From the NCBI RefSeq assembly GCF_009914755.1, contig NC_060942.1: 64,000 nt of DNA; one strand, written 5' to 3'. Positions 38,893 through 50,650 of the stretch are shown piece after piece. The translations under genes and the position numbers were made by a program. This DNA is from the human T2T-CHM13v2.0 reference genome, Homo sapiens. Position 1 is the first letter of the stretch. Every line of letters starts with the position of its first letter. Below the pieces are notes generated by a model. That model saw only the letters and a list, made by a program, of their open reading frames with translations. It searched no databases and was not told where the DNA came from.

Positions 38893-39279
38893 TGTCTTAG
38901 TCCATTTGTGCTGTTATAGCAAAATACCTGAGACTGAATAATTTTTAACAAATAGAAATTTATTTTCTCACAGCTCTGGAGGCTAGGACGTCCAAAGATC
39001 AAGGAACCACTAGGTTCAGCTGTCTGATGCGGATGATCTGTGCTTCCAAGATGTCGCCTTGTTGCCCTTGTTGCCCCTCTTCTGCAGGCGAGGAATGAAG
39101 AAGAGAAAGTGAGCCAAACACTGCCTGCAGCCTCTTTTTTAAGGGCCTTAATGTCATTCATGAGGCAAGACGCTCAGGTGGCCTGATCACCTCTTAAAAG
39201 CCCCACCTCCTAATACCATCAGAGAGGCCATTTAATTTCAACACCTGAATTATGGAGGGAACACATGCCAACCATCGCA
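38893..39279 (-). mobile_element. MSTC/MSTD (or MLT1A)-like solo LTR
   Basis: tgtcttagtccatttgtgctgttatagcaaaatacctgagactg...cacagctctggaggctagg...gccccacctcctaataccatc...tttcaacacctgaattatggagg. Confidence 0.88.
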
Positions 39280-39509
39280 TTTTCTTTCTTTTTCTGTTCT
39301 GTATTCCTGGAACCGAGGAGGAGGGAAGAGGTCTTTGGGGTACAGGTGCAAGAATTTAGTGAGTGGGCTGGAGGCACATGCTAATACCTAGAAATATGAT
39401 CCACAATGAGTGATGATATTTCAGAACTCCCTTTTGCAATGTTTATTAGTGTCTCTATTTGAGGATTTCTATATTTTATAATATAAAACTTCTTTACATT
39501 ATTCTAAAT

Positions 39510-39800
39510 TGTTGTTCACTTCAGCCAACATTACTGAGTAGCCTCCACAGGGTAAGTGCTGAGTGAGGGTCCCCTGGGATGACAGAGGTGGGAAGGTAGA
39601 GTCCCTGCCTAAGGGGCTGCCCCTGTGGAAGGGCATGAAGTACACATGTGAGCAGTGTATGAACAAGTGCAGTGGGACCACAAGGACTTCAGAGTCCAGG
39701 TCTGGATGGGATGCCTAGGGAACGGACAATGTCTGGAAGGGCTCCAAGGAAGAAGTGTCTTGAGATGTGGCCTAAAGTTGGGCAAGATTTCTCAGATTTC
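39510..39800 (-). mobile_element. L2 3' fragment
   Basis: cagccaacattactgagtagcctcc...gtccctgcctaaggggct resembles antisense L2. Confidence 0.45.
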
Positions 39801-40374
39801 TCCAAAGTCTTTATCCCCTTTCATTTCTTCTTCTCATGAACAGCATGCAGTATCCCTGTGGATTGGCATTTGTCACCTCACATGCTTCCTTCACTCACTG
39901 CCTTCACATGCTCCCGCCACCATCCCACCTGTTCTAGGGTGCATATTTTCCTTCTAAAACAAGTCATTTCTACAGGCAGAGCCTTCTGTATCCACATAAA
40001 CTTAGACTAACAGGCTTCTCTGTCTTTAGTTTTGACTGGGTGAGAATTCACTGGTTTGGCACATGGTGATCTGATTTGCTGAAGAATTCACCAGAAATGC
40101 CCATGGGCATATCACCATTGAGAGGGTAGAGGCATTGTCTCCTGAGGAGAACCACACCAGGAACATGTAAGTTCCCACACAAGCTGATTTGTGAAGTTCT
40201 CCTCCTCTTTCTCTTTCTTTCTCAATTAAATTTTATAAACCAAGCTTGGAAAAATGTTTTAAGCTAAGTAGCAGTAAGTGTTTTTGAATGATGTCATTGA
40301 TGATTGGGGTCTCTGAAATCTAGGACTCTAGTTCTACTCCCAGTATCCCAGAAGAGGAGTGAGCAGCACACAGT

Positions 40375-40880
40375 GCACGGTGGGCTCTGCGGGCTGAGGC
40401 TGGCGAGTCCCGGGGCCGTGTCTCACGACACGCAGACATGCAGCATGGACGGCGTTCTGAGCAGATGCGAAGTTCCAGGCAGTGGAAGAATTCCCCTGCT
40501 CAGGACTCACTCCCCAGGGGGATGTCCATGAACATTGTGCACGGGAGCAAGAAAAACCTGAGAGGGAAGTGGTATGTTGCTCAATGCGATCCTCATGGTC
40601 AGCCTGGGGCAGAAGCCCCTCCTCAGAGGGCACTGCGAGGGCCCCTGCGTCAGGAGCCGAGCTGTGGCTCACGGGTCTGATGATGCAGTTGTGATCCATG
40701 GGTGCGTGGACGGCTTGCTGCGGGGTTTCCTCGTGCAGCAGGAATCGACAGGGAAGGGTCAGAGACCAGCTGTCGCGCCTTCGAGACCTTGCTGTGAGGC
40801 CTCAGGCTACGTGCATCAGGAACTTTCCTGGCCTTATTTCTCTTACGATTTTTTCCCTTAACTTTATTGTCCCCAGCGTT
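40375..40880. promoter_or_regulatory. Weak orphan CpG-rich island
   Basis: About 27 CpGs counted by eye in about 500 bp of GC-rich non-repeat sequence, far above the flanks. Confidence 0.45.
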
Positions 40881-41909
40881 TTCCTAACTGCTTGATAACT
40901 AACCAAAAAAAAAAAAAAAATCACTTTAGATCATTTCTAATTTCCACCCGTATGAAGTCTAGGCCATGAAAATTCAAACCTACATTTGCTTGGGATGGCA
41001 AAGCTGTAGTAAATTATGTAGATTTAAAAAACAAAAGGAATTTAACAAAACAGCCTGTATTTGCTTTCTTGAATTGTGAAGACTATCATTTACTATTAGT
41101 TTGGAAATATACCCTGATTGCTTTAGTCCTAGAACATTTCAGATCTATGTCAGTTTCAGCCTTTAATGACTATAGAACAGGAGAGCCATTTTGTGCACAC
41201 ATGCTCCATCAACGTGCAGAATTTTCTAATGCACCCAAGGGTTATGGATGTGTATTTTTTAAGTACAACTACAGGCTACTCCTCAGAGACAAGTATTTTA
41301 TATCCTTGGCTTGATATGTGTTAGAAAGATACATATTTTTAAAAGACATAAATATAGTTGAGAATTCTATATTTTTATGCTAAGGCTGTCCTGGAGCAAG
41401 ACTCAGGATGATAATGTGGAAGTTATAATAATATAAGCAATAGTACTAGCCCTGACACTTATTTCCAAAATCAAGATGGCATTAATTTCTATCAGGCCTT
41501 TGAAAACTTTAGGATATTTATATTTCACAGCCCAGGAACATCTGCCACTCAGATAAGAAAAAGGTGCAGATTCTTTTGACATAGAGAAAATCACGGTCTT
41601 TTTTAAAAAATCAATGAACAGAGACAGGATACAGAGAAAGGAAGTTATAATATCCAAGAAAAACGAACACTTTGTATCTGGCTGCACAGAAAGATCTGGA
41701 CAAAATATGAAATCCCCTGGCTGCCGACAGGAGCAGAATTCCTCGAGTTACTCACTTTCCAGGGCTCGTTTCAGTAGTCAGAGGACCGATGAGTAAGAGT
41801 AATTCTCTTTTAAGAAATTCCAAAGCATGCAACTTAGCTGAGGTGACAGCAGCTGTTGAGGAATGAGGCATGGGCTCTTTTTCAGCTGTTGGAGGTGGCA
41901 AAAATGCAT

Positions 41910-42600
41910 TTCGTACATGTCATCTACAAACCCCGTCAACACCCATGCCGTGCATGGAGCTCGTCATTTCACCAGGAGCGGCGAAACCCACTGCCCTCCC
42001 TGGGCCCCCTTGCCCTGTGTCTCCCCAGCATTCCTGGGGTTTCCAGGCTGCACCCCGCTCTGCAGCTCATGCCTGTGTGCATCATGTGGACGGCTCGACA
42101 GAGAGAGTGAGGGAAAGAAAAAAAAAAGCATTTGGCTGGCGGTCAGCGCAGCAGGAGCAGTTGCAGATGCTGCTATTTACACCATTTTCACATTCTGGAG
42201 AACAAAGAGCGGGAGGCTGCCAGCAAATCTCAGGAACTCAGCCTTGCCCCGCACAGCAGCTCAGCCAGTTCAGAAGCGCGGGACAGACAGGCCATGGCGG
42301 CACAGACACGGGGCATCTCTATCCTAATGGTGCACTCTGCCAGCCACCTCTGCGCGAGGCCCAGGGAGGAAGGACGGCAGGACTCTCCACTTGTCACTGC
42401 TTCAAATCTTCTTTGGGAGAGACAGTGCTGGAAGCGCCGGCTCTCGCCCAGCCCAGATGAGAGCACTGGGACAGATTGATGACCTCAGCCCTCATCGCTC
42501 CTTTGAATTGTAGATGCACTGAGTGGGCCTCTCCTCCGTCCTGCACTGAGCGCCTGTTGTCGGGGCTGCATCTTGCTCCCTGTGAAACCCAGGGCAACGT
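41910..42600. promoter_or_regulatory. Second weak CpG-rich segment
   Basis: About 28 CpGs counted by eye in about 700 bp of GC-rich non-repeat sequence. Confidence 0.4.
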
Positions 42601-44713
42601 AGAGAGACAAAAGTTATTTATTTTGGGACCAGATTAGCACAAATTAATTCCTGGACCAAATCCAAGAGAGCCTGTGCAAGAGACCGGGAGGAGGAACGGG
42701 GCTATTACTCACCATCAATGGCACTATTTTGAGGACACGTGCTATATTTAGCCCAACGATAGCACATCCTAGGAGACTGGTATATTATCACGAAACCTAG
42801 AAGCTGCCTGGTTGCGAAACACTCACCAAAGTGGAACCATCTCAGCTAGACTGGAGAGACGAATGGGGGTCCTGGGAATTGTGTTGGGTCCTACTCACCA
42901 GTCATATCACTGGGCAGAGCCCGTTTGCTTTCCCGGTTAGGAGATCTGTTGAAAGCATTGCAATAAAAGTTATTTAAGTCACATAGTCTTTAATCTTCCA
43001 GCACAATATTGCGCCCATGCCAGCAATGAATCATATCGCATTGTTATGCCTTTTTATAGTCTGATAATCTGTATTGTGTGTTTATAACCCTTGTATGCTG
43101 TATTTTATGAGGGGAAAAATTTCTACAACTCGCAATCCACAACCCATGAATTTACCACCTTAACTACTTGGGTTGATGGTGAGACGTGGAAGAAAGATTC
43201 AAACGCACAGAGTTGAAAGTTGTCTCTACATCAGAGACTTAGCTCTCTACTTGCAGAGAGTGGCCAGCAAGGGGTGGTGGAGCACGGGTCTCCTGCGAGT
43301 ACAAGCCCAGGGTATGGATCAGCTGAGGTCCTCCTGCCTGGCAACTTTAGAGTTCTTCCAAGACCCCAGAGTGCTGGCCTGTCCCTTCTTGTCCCTCCTG
43401 CTCTGCTGTAAAATGGTGACTGGGAAGAGCCTGGTGTTCCATGCCCAGCATTGGGTATATTCTGGTGACCTGACCATCATTCGTCCCTGCTCCCTGCTCC
43501 TAGGAGGCCTCGTGAAGCCATCCTTGGAAACCTTGGCCTAGTCTGGGCCTCCTCGGCCAGCCTCCCTGAATAAACGTGAGAAGGCTAGCAAGTCAACCAC
43601 TAACTAACTCGCTTCCTATAAGTCTCTTCTCCCAGGGTTTGGGTTTTTGCCTGCTGATGCTCTGATGCTGACAACCACTAGCCCCACTCCCCCACCCATC
43701 CCAGAAGCCCATGGATGGAGGTTTTGCATTTTTGGTTATGAACCCCAGTTTGGATCAGTCTATTTTCCCTAGACTCGGCCTCACAGTGGTCTTGGCTTGG
43801 CCTCAGCTCTCCTTTCTGGAACATTGTCCCAGCATAAAGCTGCTAAATCATGGGCCCCACCACGATCCTCCGCCCAGGACTCCACAACCACTGCTGCCTC
43901 TGATTGGTGTCCTTCTTCTCTTTCCTTCCACTTAAACCTTACAGAGAAATATTCACCACCACAGAACACTGTGGTTGTTTTGTGCACTAAGGACAGTGCT
44001 CATATCCATTCACCTATAGATGCATTTGTCCAGTTTTATTCATTATCCATGGAGCCGTCGCTGTGTTGCAGAAACCCTGCTATGCATCCAGTAGTTGACG
44101 TGAATGGTAAGATGTGGGCCCCGTAGTCCTGCAGGGCAAGCACAGCACATGTGATGGGGTGCATTCGTGGAAGTGGCAGATGCAGGCAATTCAAGGGAAT
44201 CTGGTGTCTGACAGAGGAGGCTTTAACTACAGATAACAGTCCTCCAAACTGAAAGGGACTCAAGAAATGGGGGTTATGATCCCACCTTATAAGGAATCAG
44301 TAAACAAACAGTGTGAGGGTTGGCTCAGGAGCGCAACAATGCTGTCAGGGACCGAGTTTTTCTTTCCTTCCCTGCACTCAGCAATCTCCACCTGGTTAGC
44401 TTGGCCCTTAGGCTTGTCAGCTTTGGTCACAAAGTGGCCATCATGGCTTAAGCATCCTGTGCTCCTGTAGCCGTGTTCAAAAGGGGAAGGAGGGCACTTT
44501 GTTCTGAGGATGCTTTCCTGATTGTGAGACAAGAAAAACATCTCCAGGGGCTCCCCACACATGTCAACTCAGGCCTCCACAGCCAGGGTTAGAACAGATC
44601 CCCATGTTTCTAACATGACCACAAGGTAGGCTTGCTCCCGTGGCTCTGACAGCTGAGACTGCTTCATAGGGGACTGTCCCAGGCATTTGATGGGCAGAAG
44701 GCAGGGAACATTG

Positions 44714-44778
44714 GTGTGTGTATGTATGTGTGTGTGTGCATGTATGCGTGTGCACACGTGTGTGTGTGTGTGTGTGTG
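44714..44778. repeat. Imperfect (TG)n microsatellite
   Basis: Read directly. Confidence 0.9.
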
Positions 44779-45357
44779 CTTGAGGAAACAGGATCTGTAG
44801 GGGAAACTCAAGAAGTGTGGGTGTAGCAGCCTCCCAAGTTTTGCAGCCACACCCGCAGCTGTGGAAGGAAGAGAGGAAGCATCTGGGGAGTCTCCAGGAC
44901 TGACAGCGGGTTGTCTAGATGAGGAAGAAGCTCTCAACTGCCTAGTGCTGGGGCACATAATTTGGTAAGCCCCTTCATGTTATGTTGCCTTTCTCCCTTT
45001 TGTCAGCTCTAAAATGGAGTTAGTGGAGCAGAGATGAACTGAGGGACAGCAGTGAATTTTTGTGCTGCTTTTATTGGTTAAAAGTAGATTAAAGTACATA
45101 TTCTTCTCTACTCACCCAACTCCCTAACTCCTCCATCGACTACCTGAATACGTGCCATTTAATTGATTTATTAGTTTTTGAAAGTCATCTTACTGTTTTT
45201 ATAAAAATGATATCCTGCTTACTGTAAAACTTTCAAAAAATACAATATAGGACATAAAATAATATTAGGAGCAACTTAAATCTAACCAGTTACTTTCAAC
45301 ATTTTGGTGGATATCATTTAAGAAATCTCCATCTATGTATCTATACATAGAAATGGA

Positions 45358-46600
45358 TTGATTCAATGAACACATATTTATTGATCACCTATCATGATCA
45401 GGCACCATAAAGCTCTGGGAATAAAGTTGCAAGCAAAGCCACACACAGCATAGGTCCTGCTCTCATGAAGTAACCCGGTCTTCACAGGAGACATATGTTA
45501 ATCAGCTAATTACTAACATGTGGCTATCATTAAAAAGTAAATTAAGAGCCACAAGAAATGAGGGATGTTCCACGGCAACACAAAACAATATTATCTAAGC
45601 TAGGGTTGAGATCAAAGGAGAAGGGAAGCTAGCTGGGTAGATGGGGAGGCACAGCCTCTAAGGGAAGGGAAAATATGCACTAAGGCACATGGCAGGTGGG
45701 AGCTGGCCAAGGCTGGAGCCTGGAGAAAAGGCAGAGAGGCTGGAGTAGACCCAGCAAGGGGCAGAGGAGTGGAAAATGAGGCTGGAAATTGGACAATGGC
45801 AAGGCCAGTCAGGGCTCTCCAGGATTGTGACGTTTAAGCAATAGGAAGACGTCAAGCTATTCTAAGCATACAGGGAGGGTGGAGGCAGGCACAATGCAGA
45901 CAAAGGCAGGTGATGATGACATTGTAGGATTTGAAGCTGATGGTAGAAATGAGAACCAATGACAGATGCAAGATACATGGGAAGAAAAATGGGCAGACGT
46001 GGTAGCATATTGGAGAGGAGGTGTTAAAAGTCATCCGTGTGCTGACTTGAACAACTGCATGGCCGGTGGGTCATATGCCAACAGGAAATGCATGAAGACC
46101 GGGTTTGTAGGCAGAAGCTGAGAAGTGCACTCAGGGCTTGTTCCAGGGGCCCTCTGCTTCCAAGTGGCGTGGCCATGTGACAGCCGGATTGGGGGACTGG
46201 AGCTCTGAGGAATAGTTTGTGCTGGAGTTAGATGATATTTAAAAATTATTAGTAGCTATTCAAGCCTCAGGCTAGGTATGATTGCTGAGAAGGAGCAGAT
46301 ATAAAAAGACGGTCTTGTGAAGAACTCAAACATTTAGTAGCCAACTAGGGAAACCCAAGCCTGACAGCAGGCTGCGGAGTGGACAGGAGGAAAAGGAGAA
46401 CCCAGGGAGGAGGGTCCCCAGAAGCCACGTGGGTAGAGGGGAGAGGTGGCCTCAGAAAGGGGCGTGTGGCAACATTGCCAAACATTGCTGGAGGACAGCA
46501 AGAAGAGCCCAGTGAACACTGTCCTTTGTGCTTAGTGACATGGGGGTTATTGGCATAGAAGAGTGTTAGGAAGTGAGCCAGGTGACCAAGACTGCTGTGT
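45358..46600 (-). mobile_element. L2 element, 3' ~1.2 kb, antisense
   Basis: attcaatgaacacatatttattgatcacctatcatg...ggtcctgctctcatgaag, then continuous purine-rich L2-like sequence. Confidence 0.7.
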
Positions 46601-46719
46601 GCAGCGGTCACTGGCAGATTGGGAGATGCCATAGACTCAGCTGTCCTTGCCCTAAGCTTTGCTTCCTTGCACAGTTCTGCAGGTGGACCAGGTCACGTGA
46701 CTGCACTCCTCTGCCCCTC

Positions 46720-47250
46720 GCCCTCCTGTCTTTCAGAGGAAAAGTGAAGATCCCTTTGTCGTTCACCAGGCCTCCAAGAACTGGCCACGGAGGGCAGTGA
46801 CCTCTCAGCCTTCACTTTCTTCTGCTCCTCCCTCACCCCTCAGCTCCAGCCTCGCTGGTCCCCGGCTCTTCCTTGGTGGTGCCAGGGATGCTCCTTCCTT
46901 GGGGCTTGCCCTGGTGTTTCCTCCACCTGGAATGTGCCCCTCACAGATGGCTGCAAGGCCAAGCCCTCCTCCTTCAGTCTCTGCTCCATCATCAGCTTCC
47001 CAGTGAGCCTGCCCCGACCTTCTCATCCAGAAGGGCAACCTGCGCCTCACCGCACGCCTGGCTCCCTCACCTGCTGCTGCTCTCCATGGTGAACATCACC
47101 TTCTGACTAATACACTGTCTAGGCCTATTGTTTCTATGGTTATCATTTCTAGTTTGTCCTCCCAACTAAACATTAAGCTCCATGAGAGCAGGACTTGTGT
47201 CTAAACAGTGTCTGGTGCATGGTGGGCACACAACACATATTAGTTTAATA
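46720..47250 (+). mobile_element. L2a-like 3' end, sense
   Basis: cagctccagcctcgctggtcc...cctggaatgtgcccc...aagctccatgagagcaggacttgtgtc...cagtgtctggtgcatggtgggcac. Confidence 0.75.
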
Positions 47251-47344
47251 GTAAATCTAAGAAGCAAATGGCTTACTTTTCCTCAAAAGTCAAGACCAAG
47301 AAGGTTCATTTTTGCTATGAATTATGAAGCATGCAAAAGGTGCT

Positions 47345-47590
47345 CCAGTTCATTCAACTTATCTGAAGGCAATTGAGTGAGATCAAACAAATTGCAAAAT
47401 GTACTTGTCTTTGACTCTGCACCCAACTTCTAGGATTCAGCTCAGAGGAAATAACTGCTTAGGGCCACATAAATGCTTGCGTGAGGATGAGCATTGTGGT
47501 GCTGTTTATAATAGTGAAAATATGGTGGGGAAATCGACCATTAGGAGACTGGCTATATACAGTGCAGTATACAGAACAGGGATACAATGA
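47345..47590 (+). mobile_element. L1ME-type ORF2 3' fragment
   Basis: gaaggcaattg...ctttgactctgcacccaacttctaggatt...gctgtttataatagtgaaaa. Confidence 0.5.
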
Positions 47591-47614
47591 GATGTTTGGT
47601 AAGAATTAAAATGT

Positions 47615-49335
47615 ATGGTGCCTTGAATCGGGGTAGTGACAATGGGGGTGGTAAGGAGGAGTTAAACACAGGATGCATGTGTGCACATGTATAAATATCT
47701 ATATAAATGCACTCTCTATACAATATCTATATAAATACATGTATACGTAATATGCAGTAGATGTGCAATCCATATATGTAACATGTAATATATATCCAAT
47801 CAATAAGTATATCATGTAATATATAATACTAATATGCAATATATATAAAAATTCATATGTGTGTAATACATAAATAATTCATGTACTGTTGTATTATAGA
47901 AATCATGGTGAAATATATATAGAGAGAGATTGGGTATGGGACATGAGGAAAGAGGAGTGGAAGAAGACTCCGTGAGTTTTGATCTGGGTGACTCATAAAG
48001 CAGGCATGGTATCAAATGGGAAGCGGAATTGCCAAGGGAATGTGCTTGGATTGGGAAGCTCAGAATCTCAGTTTAGACGTGCTAAATTTGCAATGTCTAG
48101 TAGACGTATGTTGCAGGTTGAATAGTGTCCCCAGGAAGACACATTCAAGGCCTTATTGCAGGTGCCTGTGGATTGGTCTTCTTTTGAAGCAGGGCCTTGC
48201 AGCTGTCATTAAGTTAAAGGAAGACATACTTGATGAGGGTGGGTGGGCCCTCGCCTAATGTTACTGGTGTCCTTATACAAGGCAGGAATGCCTAGAAGGT
48301 GAGGAAGAACAGAGAAAAGCTATGTGGCAATTGAGGCAGAGAGTGGAGTGATGTCTACAGGCAGGGCACATCCAGGGTTGCCAGCAACTTCAGAAGTTGG
48401 GAGAGACGTATGGGGCAGATCCTTCTCAAGAGCCCTTGGGTGAGGGTGGCCCTGCCAACAGCTTGATTTCAGGCTTTTGCTCTCCAGGTGGTGAGAGAAA
48501 AAAATCTCTGTTGTTTTAAGCCACTTGGTTGGCAGTAATTTGTCATGGCAGCTTTCGGACACTCGGGCGACACCAAGTGTGGATGGGTATCAAGGAGGCA
48601 GCTGCGTGTATAATTCAGGAGCCCAGGAGAGTTCTGGATGTATTTAAAGCTGATGTGTGAAGTCGTGAGACTGGGGACCATCCAGGCTGCAAGAGAAGAT
48701 AGAGAACGGGGGAGAGGGACTGGGCCCTGGCATCCAGGAGGCCGAGGTAGATGAGGACTGGGTTGAGATTTAGACATCACCAGGTGGAGTCGTTGTGGCC
48801 CCGGGGAGAGCAGGGGCCATGGAGGGGTGGGGATGTTGAGCTGACTGCGGTGTATCCAAAAATGAATGTGGGAGGTCTATCTGGGTGGGAAGCACAGACA
48901 ATTATGTCACAGAGTTTTGCTGCAAAAGGCAGAAGAGTTAATGGGGCAGAGGCAGGTGGGGAGGTGTGGACAAGAGGAAGTCATTGTTGGTTTTGTTTTG
49001 AATGGGAGAAATAATGGCATGCTGTCGTGTTTGGGGGAAGGACACAGAAGAATGAGGAGGATTCCGGCACTGGAGTGTTGCCCTGAGTAGGCAAGGGAGC
49101 ACACGTCCAGTTGAGAAGCAGAGGACAGGTTTGAACGGGGGCATGGAGCCGGCACCTCCCAAGCAGCCAGGTGCAGGTGCTGGAGGGCGAGTGGGTGCTG
49201 GGGAGAGTCTGCGCATGAGCTCCTCCGGCCGCTTCAATTTCTCAGTGGAGCAAGAAACAAGGTCATTGCTGAGAGAATGGAAGAGGAGGTGTTGAAAGTT
49301 TGTGGAGGGAGGAAGGTGTGAAATAATTGTCTGGA
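47615..49335 (-). mobile_element. L2 element interrupted by an AT-rich tract (about 47675-47925) and by MLT1C
   Basis: ctcagtttagacgtgctaaatttgcaatgtctagtagac resumes after the LTR as ccaagtgtggatg...ggcagctg, consistent with a continuous antisense L2. Confidence 0.65.
48109..48569 (+). mobile_element. MLT1C-like solo LTR nested in L2
   Basis: tgttgcaggttgaatagtgtcccc...gccctgccaacagcttgatttc...tctgttgttttaagccac...gtaatttgtcatggcagc. Confidence 0.88.
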
Positions 49336-49369
49336 AGACTTAATTTGCCTTTCAATTAATGTGCAAAGG

Positions 49370-49990
49370 ATTTTTTTCTAATTATATGAAATTCAAAATA
49401 GAAAAAAGTACAGGGACAATATAATAAACACCCATAATACAATATAATAAGCGTTAAGAAAGGCTAAAATTTTGTCGTATTTGCCCCAGATACATGTCAG
49501 CCATAAAATAGCAGAAATGAAATTGAGCTATCAGAATTTAAAGTTAATTATTTATTTCCTCTTCTTCTGAACAAGATGAAGAAACTTAGAAAGCTTTAAC
49601 TCTTAGCTGCCATCTTTCCTCTCTCATAGTTTTGCTTTCAGTATTTTAGTTCTATCTTATGTTTACTGTGTCAGATTAGATATCATTATTTTTTACTGTC
49701 AATATTTATTTAGATTTGTCAATATGTTGACCAATTTATTTGTGTGCCTCTGCTGTATGCATTTCTCTTCATTATTTGGATTCAATTTCACACTGCCTGA
49801 AGTTCATCCTTTAGTAGTTCTTTCAGTGAGTCTGTGAGTAGTAGAATGTCTTAGTCTTTGCATGTGTGAAAATGTTTCTCCTTAATTTATATAATATTTT
49901 AGGTGGGTACAGAATTTTAAGTTGGCATATTTTTCTAATAGCACTTTAAAAATACTATTCCATTTTCTAGTGTATCTTATACCTTGTAAA
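49370..49990 (-). mobile_element. Old L1M fragments, antisense
   Basis: ctgcctgaagttcatcctttagtagttctttcagtgag...ctttgcatgtgtgaaaatg...gggtacagaattttaagttggca...gcactttaaaaatactattccatt. Confidence 0.6.
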
Positions 49991-50108
49991 TATTTTGTAA
50001 ATTAAATTTGCTCTTTCATGGTATTCTAATTACCTTAAGCCTTTCTTTTCCTTTTCTCTTCCTCTCTCATGCTTCATTTTTCTTTCTTTCTTTCTTTCCT
50101 TCATTTAG

Positions 50109-50147
50109 TGTGTAAGTGCCTTCTGAGATGGACATAGGGACATAAAG
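50109..50147 (+). ncRNA. Candidate 39-nt micro-exon (non-coding or poison)
   Basis: About 65 nt of AG-free pyrimidine tract, then ttag|, and a consensus donor AAG|GTAAGT. Stops occur in all three frames. Confidence 0.33.
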
Positions 50148-50319
50148 GTAAGTCCTCGTCCATTCTGCTTTCCATGAAGTGTGATGCTAATAAGAACAAT
50201 GATAATACAAAAAGGGGAAAGGATTCTTTTAACTGTAGATGTGTAATTTTTCTTGTGTGGCCAATATTCTCTGAGAAATGTCATAATATATAAGACAATC
50301 TATGAATTGTTTTAGGAAT

Positions 50320-50650
50320 TCATATGAGTTGTCTAGTGGTTAATATATGCCAGGCATTTTATTAGGCACTTCGGAAACAACACATGAAACAAACCTGGTT
50401 CTGCTTTCAGAACTCTTTCAGTCTAACAGGAGAAACATACTTAAAAAAAAAAGCTCAAAATACTTGGAAATCATGGTCCTTGGGCAGGAAAAATAAAATG
50501 ATGGAATGGAGACAGACGAATTAGGGGTGGCTGCCCCTAGGTGAGCATCAACAGGAGTCTGTGGACACGGTGGTGCAGGAAGGCTCTAAGAAACCGGGAA
50601 GATGAGGAGAATCCACCTCTGAGGAGAACAGGGGAAGGTCATTCTAGATG
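50320..50650 (-). mobile_element. L2 3' fragment
   Basis: tatatgccaggcattttattaggcacttcgga...ttctgctttcagaactctttcagtctaacaggaga. Confidence 0.55.

Noticed and set aside
40350-40920. Processed pseudogene hypothesis for the GC-rich block ending in A16
   Set aside because: No AATAAA before the A run, no target-site duplication found and no recognisable parent protein.
41863-42479. Overlapping 115-196 aa ORFs in the CpG-rich segment
   Set aside because: Open in several frames because the DNA is GC-rich and stop-poor; no known protein features.
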